The notes: a model not told the origin generated them from the letters alone. A stretch of 64,000 nucleotides of DNA from Candidatus Thorarchaeota archaeon (GCA_048882325.1 JBHLRS010000012.1:1-64000); one strand, 5' to 3'. Positions 49,090-60,076 are shown, counted from the stretch's first letter. Translations and numbers: made by a program.

Positions 49090-49617
49090 GTGGACTATTT
49101 CGTAGTAGGTTGGACTCTTGCAATTGTATGGATTCTAGTCCTTTTTCTTGATTGGATCCAGTCCTTCATCATTGGACCCGAGAGAATTGCACGAATACTT
49201 TGCAGGGTCTTCAGCAACAGAATTCGTAGTTTGCTAATATATTGGCCACTGTACACCATAACAACAGTTGTGTATATTCAGGGTATAATTGAAACCCGAA
49301 CAATTGTAACTGATGGTCTAATATTCCAAGCATTCTTTGAACTTCCAATCTCACTTTTATTAGTACCACTCATCGTGTACATGCATACAGATGAGGAGGA
49401 TGTCATAGCTAGGTGGGTTGAATATAAGCTTCGAAAATCTGAAACCCTCGAAGAGGATGTGAAATCGCTTCTTGTTAGGAAGGACAAAGAAGCGGATCCA
49501 AATAGAGCAAAACTACTTACTAGTGTCATTCGAACAGTCTGCCGTAATGGTGACACATTTGGATACAATGTCCGCAAAATTGTTGAGGATCACGAACAAT
49601 CTAGATTAGCTTCTTAA
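49090..49617 (+). CDS. Hypothetical membrane protein (3 TM)
   Basis: Three hydrophobic segments then a charged domain. Confidence 0.65.
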   Translation: MDYFVVGWTLAIVWILVLFLDWIQSFIIGPERIARILCRVFSNRIRSLLIYWPLYTITTVVYIQGIIETRTIVTDGLIFQAFFELPISLLLVPLIVYMHTDEEDVIARWVEYKLRKSETLEEDVKSLLVRKDKEADPNRAKLLTSVIRTVCRNGDTFGYNVRKIVEDHEQSRLAS

Positions 49618-51382
49618 ATTCCTCAAGGAATCTATCTGCTTGTTTTGCACCGAGTTCCCAGAACTTGGGATTCGCAATGTCAAAGCCAAAGTCCAAAAGG
49701 TGCTGGCGAACACTCTTTGTGTTTCCTCCAGCCAGTAACTCTTTGAACCGCTCAACAAAGACTGAACCTTCCTGTTTGTACACCTCATACAGTGCAAATA
49801 CGAGGAGCTGAGCAAAGCTGTAACTGAAGTTGTAGTATCTACGATTCGGAAGGAATGTGTGCCCAAAGCGAGCCCACTCATACTCCATGTGATCCTTCCA
49901 GTCGACACTGTCCCCAAAAACTCTCTTCTTCGCAGCGTTCCAGAGTTCACATGCAATATCTGCATCAAGGAACTTACCAGCCATAATTGTATCATATAGA
50001 CTAGTCTCAAAGAGTGCCCTCAGACCAACATAGTAGACCACGTAGAAGTAGTCACCCAAGACATAGGAGAGAATCTCTATCTTTTGCTCCTTTGTCTCAG
50101 CCATCGAGAGAATCTTGTCCGTGAGGAGAAGCTCCCCGAAGATTGATCCCATCTCAGCCAGACAGGATGAGGTGCGAGTGTTCAGTAGACTCTGCTTATG
50201 TTGGGTGAGATGACTTTGCACAGAGTGTCCAAGCTCATGAGCTAGGGTATAGACATTTGACATCGTGTCTGTGTAGGACAGCAGGACAAAGGAACTCTTG
50301 GCTCCAGGATGTTGGGCGCAAAACGCTCCATAAGCTTTGCCAGTACGATTCGCCGCATCAATCCGATGATTGGTGAACATCTCATCTACGACCATACCAA
50401 TCTCGGGGTCGAAGACCGCGAAAGAATCAACCACGATCTTACGAGCCTCATCCCAACTGAACTTCCATACTGGCTCAGTAGTGAATGGAGCTATCACATC
50501 ACAGCCCTCAAGCCGTTCCACACCCATGAACTTGGCTTTCAAAGAGAGAAAATCTTGAAACTTGTCAGACGTGTTCTCAATCATTGACAGTAGTGAACCG
50601 ATTGTTTCCTCATCAACATCCTGATCTAACAGAGCCTGCGTCATCGGAGTGGGTTGACCTCGGAGCTTGGTCATAGCCACATGATCTGCACAGATTGACC
50701 GAAGTGCACTGCCATGAAGGAGCTTGTCTTCAGCGAGGCTCTTGTACAGTTTTTCAGTGGCCATCCTTCGAGTTTCGCGGTCGGGATTCATTCTTAGGGA
50801 ATCAAATTGAGGGAAGGGAATTGTCTTCATCTCTCCCTCATGTTCAATTTCAAAGGTCTTCTCTGATACCCAAGAGGTGCGCAGTTGGGAAATCAGCTTG
50901 ATACCATAGAGGTCCTTCTGAATAATGGCCCTTTCCTCAGCCTCTGAGAGTCTGTATGGCGCCTCGTTCTTTCGCCGGTCCAAGAAGTGACGATAGGCAA
51001 TGAGGTTCTCATCATCAAGAAGTTCTGGTTTTTCAGATGCAAGTCGACCCAATCTCAAGTAAAGGGATTCCTTTACTTGATACAACTTGGTCTCAGCTTG
51101 GCGGGCCCAGTCGTTCAGCTGAGCAGCTTCCTTGTCCGTAGATTGAGCACTATAACGAAGCCTCCCATATTGTATGGCATCCATGATCTTGACAAACAAA
51201 CCTTCATACTCACCCAGCATTTGCTTGAGTTCAGAGGAGGTCATTGATGCTATTTTGCCTAGGTTATTTGCATCAAAACCATCAATCTTCTGTGTGAGAT
51301 TGTCAATAAGTTTCTTCACTTCAGGTGCGGCTGCCCCATCTACCAAGGGAGAAAGATTCCATGAGACCTCTGTGTCTGTCAT
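49601..51382 (-). CDS. pepF: Oligoendopeptidase F (M3B)
   Basis: WNLSPL N-terminus, GKAYGAFC, TLAHELGHSVQ, LAEMGSIFGE, YYNFSYSFAQL. Confidence 0.9.
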   Translation of the reverse strand: MTDTEVSWNLSPLVDGAAAPEVKKLIDNLTQKIDGFDANNLGKIASMTSSELKQMLGEYEGLFVKIMDAIQYGRLRYSAQSTDKEAAQLNDWARQAETKLYQVKESLYLRLGRLASEKPELLDDENLIAYRHFLDRRKNEAPYRLSEAEERAIIQKDLYGIKLISQLRTSWVSEKTFEIEHEGEMKTIPFPQFDSLRMNPDRETRRMATEKLYKSLAEDKLLHGSALRSICADHVAMTKLRGQPTPMTQALLDQDVDEETIGSLLSMIENTSDKFQDFLSLKAKFMGVERLEGCDVIAPFTTEPVWKFSWDEARKIVVDSFAVFDPEIGMVVDEMFTNHRIDAANRTGKAYGAFCAQHPGAKSSFVLLSYTDTMSNVYTLAHELGHSVQSHLTQHKQSLLNTRTSSCLAEMGSIFGELLLTDKILSMAETKEQKIEILSYVLGDYFYVVYYVGLRALFETSLYDTIMAGKFLDADIACELWNAAKKRVFGDSVDWKDHMEYEWARFGHTFLPNRRYYNFSYSFAQLLVFALYEVYKQEGSVFVERFKELLAGGNTKSVRQHLLDFGFDIANPKFWELGAKQADRFLEEFKKLI

Positions 51383-51469
51383 ATTGAAAAGCACATCTTG
51401 ACCTACATAAAAGACTAGTCTATGGCAGAGGGGTTGAGTTAAATTGTGAAGTAAAGTCTGAAAGGTGAA

Positions 51470-52126
51470 ATGACAAGAGGACTCGAGGACTTACATATTC
51501 ATTCAAAGTATTCTGATGGAGTATCAGAGATAGAAACAATCGTGAAAAGAGCGGCAACTCTCAAACTAAAGACAATAGCAATTGCAGACCACTTCTGGCC
51601 ATCGATGGGATCACGGAAAGGGGGAGAAAAACTAATTCAACAAAGACGTCATGAAATACACACTTCTAGGAATGAGTTTCCAGACCTTCAGATTCTTGAT
51701 GCTGCGGAAGTTGATATTCAGTCGAATGGAGATTTGACCTCAGTCGCTGGAGGTCTTGATCAGTTCGACCTTGTCATTGGGTCATTTCACTGGTATATGG
51801 ACTCAACAAGATGGGCATCCGCCTTGGTGAAGGCACTAAGGAGAAGTGAGTTCCAGATCCTGGGACATTGGGATGGATATCTCTCGACATACAGAGATGA
51901 GGATGGGAGAATCGCAGCTAAGGCACTTGCTGACTCAGGTGTTGCAATTGAATTGAATGGGCGATACTCAGTTGAACATATGGAGTTCCTTGAGCTGGCA
52001 AACTCACTGGGATGTGTTTTCTCACTTGGAAGTGATTCCCATGATGTGTCTACTGTGGGAACCCTTTCATTCCAGGAGAACATAGCTACCAGTATGAATC
52101 TGAGCATAATGAAAATCAGGCCATAG
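51470..52126 (+). CDS. PHP domain hydrolase
   Basis: DLHIHSKYSDG, IADH, GSFH, ILGH, GSDSH. Confidence 0.9.
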   Translation: MTRGLEDLHIHSKYSDGVSEIETIVKRAATLKLKTIAIADHFWPSMGSRKGGEKLIQQRRHEIHTSRNEFPDLQILDAAEVDIQSNGDLTSVAGGLDQFDLVIGSFHWYMDSTRWASALVKALRRSEFQILGHWDGYLSTYRDEDGRIAAKALADSGVAIELNGRYSVEHMEFLELANSLGCVFSLGSDSHDVSTVGTLSFQENIATSMNLSIMKIRP

Positions 52127-52187
52127 ACAAATCCAGAAGCCTTTTCATTCACTAGTGATAGAACATCATTGTTGGAGGAAACAAATT

Positions 52188-52604
52188 ATGAGTGACAAGC
52201 TTGAATTCCCCTCAGATGAATGGATTGAACTTTACATGGAACTCCTGAACAAGAACGAACGCTATGAAGACGCAGCTAAGACGTGGGAGGGTGACTTCGT
52301 TTTTGAAATCACAGCTGATGGAGATACTGTAAAGGAACCAATCAGGTTCTACATGGACCTCTGGCATGGCAAGTGTAGGGAAGCACGAATGGCAGGACCC
52401 GATGACACTGCTGAATTCACCTACTCAGGCCCTTACAAGAACTGGCGTGCCTTGTTTGATGGGAAGATTGACCCAATTAAGGGTATCATGGCTCGTAAGT
52501 TCAAACTTGATGGAGACATGGGCAAAGTAATGCGGTATACAAAGGCAGCTCTTGAGCTAGTAGCCACCACAAGACAAGTTCCTACAAAATACCTCGATGA
52601 GTAG
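52188..52604 (+). CDS. SCP2 sterol/lipid-binding domain protein
   Basis: FPSDEW...WEGDF...LWHGKC...GKIDPIKGIMARKFKLDGDM; GGAGG RBS before ATG 52188. Confidence 0.88.
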   Translation: MSDKLEFPSDEWIELYMELLNKNERYEDAAKTWEGDFVFEITADGDTVKEPIRFYMDLWHGKCREARMAGPDDTAEFTYSGPYKNWRALFDGKIDPIKGIMARKFKLDGDMGKVMRYTKAALELVATTRQVPTKYLDE

Positions 52605-52637
52605 AAACTTAAATCGCAGGCTGTGATGTGAGGGACT

Positions 52638-53729
52638 ATGTCTCTGTTACACACTGAGCTCTGTGATATAGTTGGAATCAAACACCCAATACTTCAGGGA
52701 GGTATGGGTCCGTATAAGACAGAATCATTGGCAATCGCTGTGTCTAATGCTGGTGCACTTGGGATAATCAGCTGCATTGGAATGGCTGCGACAATGATTC
52801 CTGAAGCCGCTCCTATTGATGCTGTGAGACTCTTTGGTTCTGACCCTCCTGCAGTGATTCTTCAGAAATCAATTGAAGCAGTCACAAAACAGACCCGGTC
52901 CTCAGGAGGTGTCTTTGGAGTAAATGTACCAGTGGCTGCAGAGTTCGTTCTTGCTTCAAAGATGTTCGTTGAACAGACTATCGAGGCCTGTAAAGCAGAC
53001 TCGGATACTGAACGTTCACTTAGGGTCGTAGTCACATCTGCTGGCAATCCAAAGCCCTGGTCAGTCCTTAAGGATGAGGGATTTGTCTGGGGGCATGTGG
53101 TGCCTAGTCGATATCATGCTCTTAAAGCTGAAACTGCAGGAGCTGATTTCATAGTCGCCTCAGGACATGAAGGGGGAGCTCATGTTGCGTGGGATCCTGT
53201 TCATTCCATGGTACTAGTGCCGGAGGTCGCTAAGGCAGTGAAGACACCCGTAGTGGGAGCAGGCGGATTCTGTGACGGACAAACTCTAGCTGCCGCTCTG
53301 TGCCTTGGGGCTGTGGGGATACAGATGGGAACTCGGTTCATAGCCACAAGGGAGAGCGATTTCGAGCCCATGTGGAAACAGGCAATCCTAGACAGGGAGG
53401 AGCGCCAGACACTGGTTGGTAGGGGTCTCTTTGGACCAATGAGATTCCTTCGAAACAAGCGGGCTGAAGAGATTGTCACTCAGACGTTAGAGGACCTCCC
53501 AAACTTCTACCTTGGTGAACCTCTAGATTCGAATGAGAAGATTCTGGAGCTAGAACAGACGGGATTCGATAACCTCCTAGATAAGAAAGAAGACACTGCA
53601 TTGATGTTTGGCGGAGAGGTGGCTGGGAGAATCAGAAACCTCCCCACAGTTGCTGAACTCATAGACAACATAATTTCAAAGGCGTCAGAAGTTCTCGAAG
53701 AGGTCCCAAAATTCATTGTTAAGAAGTAG
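52638..53729 (+). CDS. Nitronate monooxygenase / FabK enoyl reductase family flavoprotein
   Basis: PILQGGM, AVSNAGALG, GHEGGAH, AGGFCDG, MGTRFIAT. Confidence 0.88.
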   Translation: MSLLHTELCDIVGIKHPILQGGMGPYKTESLAIAVSNAGALGIISCIGMAATMIPEAAPIDAVRLFGSDPPAVILQKSIEAVTKQTRSSGGVFGVNVPVAAEFVLASKMFVEQTIEACKADSDTERSLRVVVTSAGNPKPWSVLKDEGFVWGHVVPSRYHALKAETAGADFIVASGHEGGAHVAWDPVHSMVLVPEVAKAVKTPVVGAGGFCDGQTLAAALCLGAVGIQMGTRFIATRESDFEPMWKQAILDREERQTLVGRGLFGPMRFLRNKRAEEIVTQTLEDLPNFYLGEPLDSNEKILELEQTGFDNLLDKKEDTALMFGGEVAGRIRNLPTVAELIDNIISKASEVLEEVPKFIVKK

Positions 53730-53805
53730 ATTCCTCCAGTGATAGGAAATAAAGGGGACCGAGTCCAACAGTTGGTAGTATAATGCTGAACGAGGTGAGT
53801 CCTAC

Positions 53806-54981
53806 ATGGTCTGGTGGTTCTATGTACCGAATATCGTGTTCGGTGATGATGCTCTATCAGAGCTTGAAACAATTAGTGGAAGTAAAGCATTCATTGTGAC
53901 TGACAAGGTGATTAACAGTCTTGGTCTTGCAGAGAGGGTTTGCTCAATTTTGACCGAGAGGCAATGGGAAGCGGCGATTTGGGATGGAGTTGAACCAGAC
54001 CCGAAGGTGTCAACAGTCAAAGCCGCTGCTGAGGCAATCAAGAGATTCGGAGCAGATTGGATAATCGCTGTCGGGGGAGGTAGTGTGATGGACACTGCAA
54101 AAGCTGCGTGGGTCTTATACGAGAAACCTGATGTCGAACTGCATGCTCTGACTCCATTCGATGAGTTAGGTCTACGGGCCAAAGCGAAACTAATCTGTAT
54201 TCCAACAACAACAGGAACAGGGTCAGAGGCGACCAAAGCGATTGTAATCAGAGAAGATGAAACTGGAAGAAAGTTTGCTACTATAAATCCAGAATTGACT
54301 CCAGACATCGCAATTCTTGATCCTGAGTTTGTTGTAGGACTACCAAAAGAACTCACAGCATATACCGGAATGGATGCGTTAACCCATGCTGTTGAAAGCT
54401 ATGTGTCTGTTTGGAAGAATGACTTCTCTGATGGATGTTCGCTGCAGGCAGTCAAGATGGTCTTTGACTGGCTCCCAAAATCAGTTGAAGACTTAACTGA
54501 TCTAGAAGCTAGGGAGAAAATGCTCATTGCTGCATGCCTCGCAGGGATGTCATTCGGTAACTCTCAGGCAGCTCTTGCGCATTCACTCGGTCATAGTACG
54601 GGCTCTGTCCTGAGGACTCATCACGGCATGTCAGTAGGAATGGCTCTACCATATACTGTGGAATTCAACTGCTTGGACAACGAGGATGCGGCTAGACAAT
54701 ACTCAGAACTAGCGGCACTTTTGGGAATCTCTGGCAAGGATGACAAGGACACATCTATGAAATTCGCAGAAGCAATTCGGGAACTGATGATCAAGATTGG
54801 GTGTCCCACGAGTTTCAAGGAAGCAAAGATCAAGAAGAAGGACTTCACCGCAGCACTAGAGAAAATGGTGGAGTTTGCAATGATGGACACAAGCTTGACT
54901 ATGAATCCAAGAAACACCGATAGTGATGAAATTAGAAAGTTGTACAAGTACATGTTTGATGGGAAAACTATAGACTTCTAG
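53806..54981 (+). CDS. Iron-containing alcohol dehydrogenase
   Basis: GGGSVMDTAK, PTTTGTGSE, DALTHAVE, AHSLGH, HG. Confidence 0.93.
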   Translation: MVWWFYVPNIVFGDDALSELETISGSKAFIVTDKVINSLGLAERVCSILTERQWEAAIWDGVEPDPKVSTVKAAAEAIKRFGADWIIAVGGGSVMDTAKAAWVLYEKPDVELHALTPFDELGLRAKAKLICIPTTTGTGSEATKAIVIREDETGRKFATINPELTPDIAILDPEFVVGLPKELTAYTGMDALTHAVESYVSVWKNDFSDGCSLQAVKMVFDWLPKSVEDLTDLEAREKMLIAACLAGMSFGNSQAALAHSLGHSTGSVLRTHHGMSVGMALPYTVEFNCLDNEDAARQYSELAALLGISGKDDKDTSMKFAEAIRELMIKIGCPTSFKEAKIKKKDFTAALEKMVEFAMMDTSLTMNPRNTDSDEIRKLYKYMFDGKTIDF

Positions 54982-54994
54982 GGGGCTAGTTAGG

Positions 54995-56815
54995 ATGAAT
55001 GGCTATCGTGGGAAGATTCTCCGAGTGGATTTGAGTAAAGGTTCAACGTCTGTTACATCACTAGATGAACATCTGCTACGAGCATTCATCGGGGGAGCTG
55101 GATTAGGAGTCCGTCTCCTCTATGACATGATTGACCATGATACCAATCCACTCGGACCTGAGAACCCGCTTTTGTATCTCACAGGTCCACTCTGTGGAAC
55201 AATGGCTCCAACAGGTAGCAAGTCAACATTCTGCTCGAGGGCCCCCAAGACTGGTCTTCTTGGATACAGTACTGTGGGAGGTCATTTGGGAGCTGACTTG
55301 AAGTTTGCAGGTTTTGACGGGATTATCATCACTGGAGCTGCAGAAGAACCATCATATCTTCTAGTGGAGGACTCAGATGTTGAGATCAGAGATGCACGAC
55401 ATCTGTGGGGGAAGAATACAGAACAAGTATGGGAGGAGTTGAAGACTGAGACCGGTCACAGGAACGCAGGGATTGCTAGAATCGGTATCGCTGGAGAGAA
55501 TCTTGTCAAGTATGCCAGTATTATTGTGGATCATTATAGGGCCGCTGGACGGACAGGACAAGGCGCAGTCATGGGCTCTAAAAAATTGAAAGCCATAGTA
55601 ATCCATGGTACAGAACGCAAAGTTCCAGTTGCAGATGAGAAAGGCATGCAGGAGTATGCTTCTGAACTAAATGAAGACAAGAAGGAAGACCCGACCTTTC
55701 GCATGTACTCAGACCTTGGCACAGCAGGATTCACAGACATGGCTAGTATGATGTGGGGGTCACTCCCTGCTGGGTATTACACGGTTCCTGATTTTGATAC
55801 ATACAATCTGAGTGGTACAAGTGTGAGAGAGACCATCTTGACTGGCAAATCAGCCTGTTATAGATGCCCGATTGGATGCGGACGAGTTATTGAGATTCCC
55901 GAGGGCAAGTACAAGATGGAAAAGTATGCAGGACCTGAGCTTGAAGTGACAGGAACCATGGGATCTCTACTCCTGAACAACAATGTTGAGGCAGTGGCCT
56001 ATGCAAACAGAATACTCAACCAACTTGGGATAGACACAATATCTGGAGGGAATACAATTGCATTCGCATACTATCTCTTTAAGGAAGGAAAAATATCTGC
56101 TGAGGACTTGGATGGGATAACACCAGAGTGGGGCGAGATTGATTCAGCGGTGGCTCTGGCGGAGAAGATAGCTAGACGTGAAGGAATCGGAGATGTGATG
56201 GCTGAAGGCTCGGTTGAATTTGGGGAGAAGTTTGGTGTGTCTGAACTTGCAGTCCATGTGAACAGTCTTGAGTTTCCGATGCATGATCCGCGAGGATTTT
56301 CAGGACATGCCATTGGATACGCAACATCACCACGCGGTGCCTGTCATATGAGTGCAGACATGTACAATGTGCAGATGGGACAACCTAATGAGGCATTCCG
56401 GATTGAGAGCGAAGACAGATTCGCAAATGAAGCAGATTTAGTTGCTAGACTCCAAGATTTTCGAGCCCTGACTAACTCCTCTGTATTGTGTAATTTCTAT
56501 CCGGTTGATGGAGACCAACTCTTGAAGCTCCTTCAACTTGCAACGGGGTGGGACATCGACATTGAAGAGCTAGTGCAGACTGGTGAGAGGATTTTCACTA
56601 TGATGCGTTTACTCAATCTCAAGCTTGGTTATGATTCAAAGAAAGAAGGACTCCCAGAACTAATTCTGAAACCTCTTGAGGGAGCCACCGAGGGTCATGT
56701 TCCGGACATAGAGGCTCAGCTCAATACGTGGTACGAGTATCGAAACTGGGATAGGAACTCAGGCAAGCCCTCTAAGGAAAAAATAGAGAAGCTAGGTCTT
56801 GAAGACCTCACCTGA
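54995..56815 (+). CDS. Aldehyde:ferredoxin oxidoreductase family (W-dependent)
   Basis: ILRVDLS, AAGRTG.GAVMGSKKLKAI, CYRCPIGC, GPE, DTIS, RGACH. Confidence 0.93.
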   Translation: MNGYRGKILRVDLSKGSTSVTSLDEHLLRAFIGGAGLGVRLLYDMIDHDTNPLGPENPLLYLTGPLCGTMAPTGSKSTFCSRAPKTGLLGYSTVGGHLGADLKFAGFDGIIITGAAEEPSYLLVEDSDVEIRDARHLWGKNTEQVWEELKTETGHRNAGIARIGIAGENLVKYASIIVDHYRAAGRTGQGAVMGSKKLKAIVIHGTERKVPVADEKGMQEYASELNEDKKEDPTFRMYSDLGTAGFTDMASMMWGSLPAGYYTVPDFDTYNLSGTSVRETILTGKSACYRCPIGCGRVIEIPEGKYKMEKYAGPELEVTGTMGSLLLNNNVEAVAYANRILNQLGIDTISGGNTIAFAYYLFKEGKISAEDLDGITPEWGEIDSAVALAEKIARREGIGDVMAEGSVEFGEKFGVSELAVHVNSLEFPMHDPRGFSGHAIGYATSPRGACHMSADMYNVQMGQPNEAFRIESEDRFANEADLVARLQDFRALTNSSVLCNFYPVDGDQLLKLLQLATGWDIDIEELVQTGERIFTMMRLLNLKLGYDSKKEGLPELILKPLEGATEGHVPDIEAQLNTWYEYRNWDRNSGKPSKEKIEKLGLEDLT

Positions 56816-58310
56816 GGACCAGTTTCTTGAGGTTTGAAAGGTCTTCTACAATTGCTTTCAGAACGTTATAGAGTATCTCTACATCTATAATTCGGAGTTT
56901 CTCATCAGGTGTATGAGGGTTCTCCATATTCGGGCCTATCGACACCATCTGGATTCCTGGAATCTTGGATCCAATAATTCCGCACTCTAAACCAGCATGG
57001 ATGGCTTCGATCTTGACATCTCTCCCAGTAATCGTTTCGAAGTGTTTTCGCACAAACGAGAGAAATGGACTCTTTGGCTCAGGATTCCAACCGGGGTAAA
57101 CCCCTTTCAGTGTCACTTCCCAACCACTCAGTTCCGCAAGATCTGCAATACCACGTCTAAAGGCATCTAGTTCAGAATCAATGCTACTTCTTGTGGAAAG
57201 GAGAACTGATATTTCAGGACCATCGGTCTTGACCACTGCAACATTGTTTGAGGTCTCGACTAAGCCCTCTACGTTTGGAGAGAATCGGATAGGACCATGA
57301 GGGATGTTGTTTATCGATTGAATTATCTTCTTTGACTCTTCCAGCGAGAATGCGGGCTCTGCAGACGATTTCTCCCAGCTGATTTGAAGGTCTGGTTCAA
57401 GCTCTTTGTAGTATTCAGTTATGTCTGCTCGATTAGCTTCAAGAAGCTCTTCAGTCTCTGCTGCCTTACCTGTTTCCACTGCGAATTTTGCAGTGGCCTC
57501 TCTAGTTATTGCATTGCGTTTACTTCCACCATTCCAATTAAGAAGATGGACATTCATTTCAGCCACAATGGATGAGAGAATTCTTGCTACAATCTTGTTG
57601 GCATTTGCTCGATGTTTGTCAATATCAACACCGGAATGTCCACCGAGGAGGCCTGAAACGATAAGGTCATAGAAAATTGCATCCCCAGTGATTTCTTTGA
57701 GTTGGAGCTTCTTCACCAGGTCCGAATCGCCGCCCCCTGCAGATCCAATCGTGATGATGCCCAGACTCTCTGAATCGATATTCACCATGAGTTTGCTTTC
57801 TATACCGATCTTTTCAGGTTCAAGTGCAAATGCGCCTACAAGACCTGTTTCCTCATCCACGGTGATGAGCAGCTCAAGTGGTCCATGCTTCACCTCAGGA
57901 TCTAGCATCAGCGCTAGACCAAGAGATGAACCGATCCCATTGTCAGCTCCGAGGGTCGTACCATCCGCATCTACCCATTCTCCATTGTCTTGGATTCGAA
58001 TGGGTATTGGATTGTTGTCGAAGTCAAATCCATCAGGTCTGTCTGTTTCGCAGACCATGTCCATATGACCTTGGAGAAGGAGAGGTTGAGTCGACTCCAT
58101 CCCCTTGGTAGGACCCTTCTTGAGGAGTAGGTTTCCAGCTTCGTCCTCAATGATACTGATATCAATGCCTAATGATTTTGCACGTTCGGGAATCCATCTC
58201 TTCAGTTTCGCACGAATTTTGTCTTCCTTCTTTGACTCCCGGGGCGTCTTTGTGAAGACGTCTTCAAATATCTCCCAGACAAGTTTTGGCTCCAAGCTCT
58301 CAAAGACCAT
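56808..58310 (-). CDS. pepD: Aminoacyl-histidine dipeptidase (M20)
   Basis: QGHMDMVCE, TTLGADNGIG, DEETGL, NIDSE, GGHSG, IHAGLECG, HTPDE; start ATG 58310. Confidence 0.92.
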   Translation of the reverse strand: MVFESLEPKLVWEIFEDVFTKTPRESKKEDKIRAKLKRWIPERAKSLGIDISIIEDEAGNLLLKKGPTKGMESTQPLLLQGHMDMVCETDRPDGFDFDNNPIPIRIQDNGEWVDADGTTLGADNGIGSSLGLALMLDPEVKHGPLELLITVDEETGLVGAFALEPEKIGIESKLMVNIDSESLGIITIGSAGGGDSDLVKKLQLKEITGDAIFYDLIVSGLLGGHSGVDIDKHRANANKIVARILSSIVAEMNVHLLNWNGGSKRNAITREATAKFAVETGKAAETEELLEANRADITEYYKELEPDLQISWEKSSAEPAFSLEESKKIIQSINNIPHGPIRFSPNVEGLVETSNNVAVVKTDGPEISVLLSTRSSIDSELDAFRRGIADLAELSGWEVTLKGVYPGWNPEPKSPFLSFVRKHFETITGRDVKIEAIHAGLECGIIGSKIPGIQMVSIGPNMENPHTPDEKLRIIDVEILYNVLKAIVEDLSNLKKLVLR

Positions 58311-58431
58311 TAGAGAACCTCCGCGATGATTGTTGATTTCAACCACCACTATAAGGTTTTGTCTTTGAACAAACAGACTTTTCTCTCGCCAAAGACATAT
58401 GGGACACCTCCTGTCAGGAAGGATAAAGTAG

Positions 58432-59304
58432 ATGCTATTTGATCCAGGACTCACTGATGTTCTCAGAGACGCATTACCAGGCTTGGGAGACCTATTCTTC
58501 TGGATTTCCCAAATCGGTGGTACGTTATTCTATGTCATTGCATTACTAGTCGCTTATTGGGCATACAACAAGAGGGAAGCCATCATTCTAACCTATGTAC
58601 TCGTCGTTTCCATCATCTCAGAATACTACCTGAAAGTGATTATTGCTAATGATAGACCACCAGCGAGCAACTGGTATCCTGGAGTGGATCCTCCCAATTT
58701 CAGTACACCAAGTGGACATGCTCAGAACTCAGCGACTCTTTATGGATGGCTAACTGTGCGAATCAAGACTTGGTGGATGTCATTGCTAGCTGTCATACTA
58801 GTTGTACTGATAGGGATTTCAAGGATTTACTTGGGAGTTCATTATCTCGGAGATGTTCTCCTTGGATGGGGCATTGGTATTGTGATTGTGCTTCTGTTTG
58901 CTTACTTAGAAAAACCAGTCAGGAACTACTTATCGAAATACCAGACAGAGCATCTGTTGCTAATCTTACTGATCATCGGATTCTTGGTGACTCTGATTGC
59001 AGCAGTACTTCCGCAACCACCCAACGACAACCTCGGAGCTTATGGAGGTTTGACAATGGGACTTGCGATAGGTCTCATTCTTGAGATGAAGTTTGTGAAC
59101 TTCACAACTCAACCATACAATGGGGAGAAGTGGCGCCTCGCTGCACGGATTGTAATCGGATTAGTACTCGTTATCTGTGTAATGTACGGTCTCTCACCTA
59201 TTCTTCCTAGTGAGCAGATTTGGCTTCGAGCAGTAAGGTATTGCCTTGTAGCGGTCACTGGGATATTCGTTTGGCCTGCTATATTCAAGAGAGCAAACTT
59301 GTAA
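58432..59304 (+). CDS. PAP2 family membrane phosphatase
   Basis: K......RP, PSGH, SRIYLGVHY..D. Confidence 0.92.
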   Translation: MLFDPGLTDVLRDALPGLGDLFFWISQIGGTLFYVIALLVAYWAYNKREAIILTYVLVVSIISEYYLKVIIANDRPPASNWYPGVDPPNFSTPSGHAQNSATLYGWLTVRIKTWWMSLLAVILVVLIGISRIYLGVHYLGDVLLGWGIGIVIVLLFAYLEKPVRNYLSKYQTEHLLLILLIIGFLVTLIAAVLPQPPNDNLGAYGGLTMGLAIGLILEMKFVNFTTQPYNGEKWRLAARIVIGLVLVICVMYGLSPILPSEQIWLRAVRYCLVAVTGIFVWPAIFKRANL

Positions 59305-59350
59305 TCTCGGCAGATTCAATAATGGGCATCACAGTCAAGTCAGGTGAAGA

Positions 59351-60073
59351 ATGATGACGAAGGGGAAAAGTGCACCTCTGCTATCACCACATTATCCGAG
59401 ACCGCCATATCACTACACAGATTCAAGATTGTTTTTGGCGATGTTCAATCCTCCTGAGGATGCAATCCAGGACTTGCTTCCAGCTCCACTACGACCATCA
59501 CAGATGCCACTGGCAGCCTTGATGTTTGGAGAAATGCCATGCAGGGAAACTGGTACCTTTATGGAGTCTGCGTTGTTGGTACAGTGCATCTTTGACAACC
59601 CAGAGACAAAGGAGGAGGAAGTCGGAGTTTACTTCGCTTACAACTATGCAGATACAGATGTCGCTCTGACATCAGGTCGTGAGATATGGGGGTATCCTCG
59701 TAAACTAGCGGACATCTCACTAGACTGGAAGAAAGACACGATTACTGGGAAGGTTAAGCGAGGTGGAACTACGATTTACAAAGCCACTTGCAAGATGGAG
59801 GACGAAGGAGCTTGGATTGATAGCGGACCCAACATCAACGTTAAAGTGATACCGAGTCCATCAGACGAGGGGTATGACGTGGCAGTTTTGACTGCTGCAT
59901 ATCTTGAATATACAACAAGGAACGGACGTTCAGGCGAGGTAGAGATTGAAATCAACGGTGGACCTGATGATGACTTCAGTCTTGTCAAAATAGAAACACC
60001 GATGATAGGGCAATACTTTGACTGTGACATATTGCTCCCAACCGCAAAGGTGGTAGCGAAGTTGAAGCTGTGA
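59351..60073 (+). CDS. Acetoacetate decarboxylase-like superfamily protein
   Basis: P.PPYHY, LLPAPL, GREIWGYPRK. Confidence 0.85.
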   Translation: MMTKGKSAPLLSPHYPRPPYHYTDSRLFLAMFNPPEDAIQDLLPAPLRPSQMPLAALMFGEMPCRETGTFMESALLVQCIFDNPETKEEEVGVYFAYNYADTDVALTSGREIWGYPRKLADISLDWKKDTITGKVKRGGTTIYKATCKMEDEGAWIDSGPNINVKVIPSPSDEGYDVAVLTAAYLEYTTRNGRSGEVEIEINGGPDDDFSLVKIETPMIGQYFDCDILLPTAKVVAKLKL

Positions 60074-60076
60074 GTC

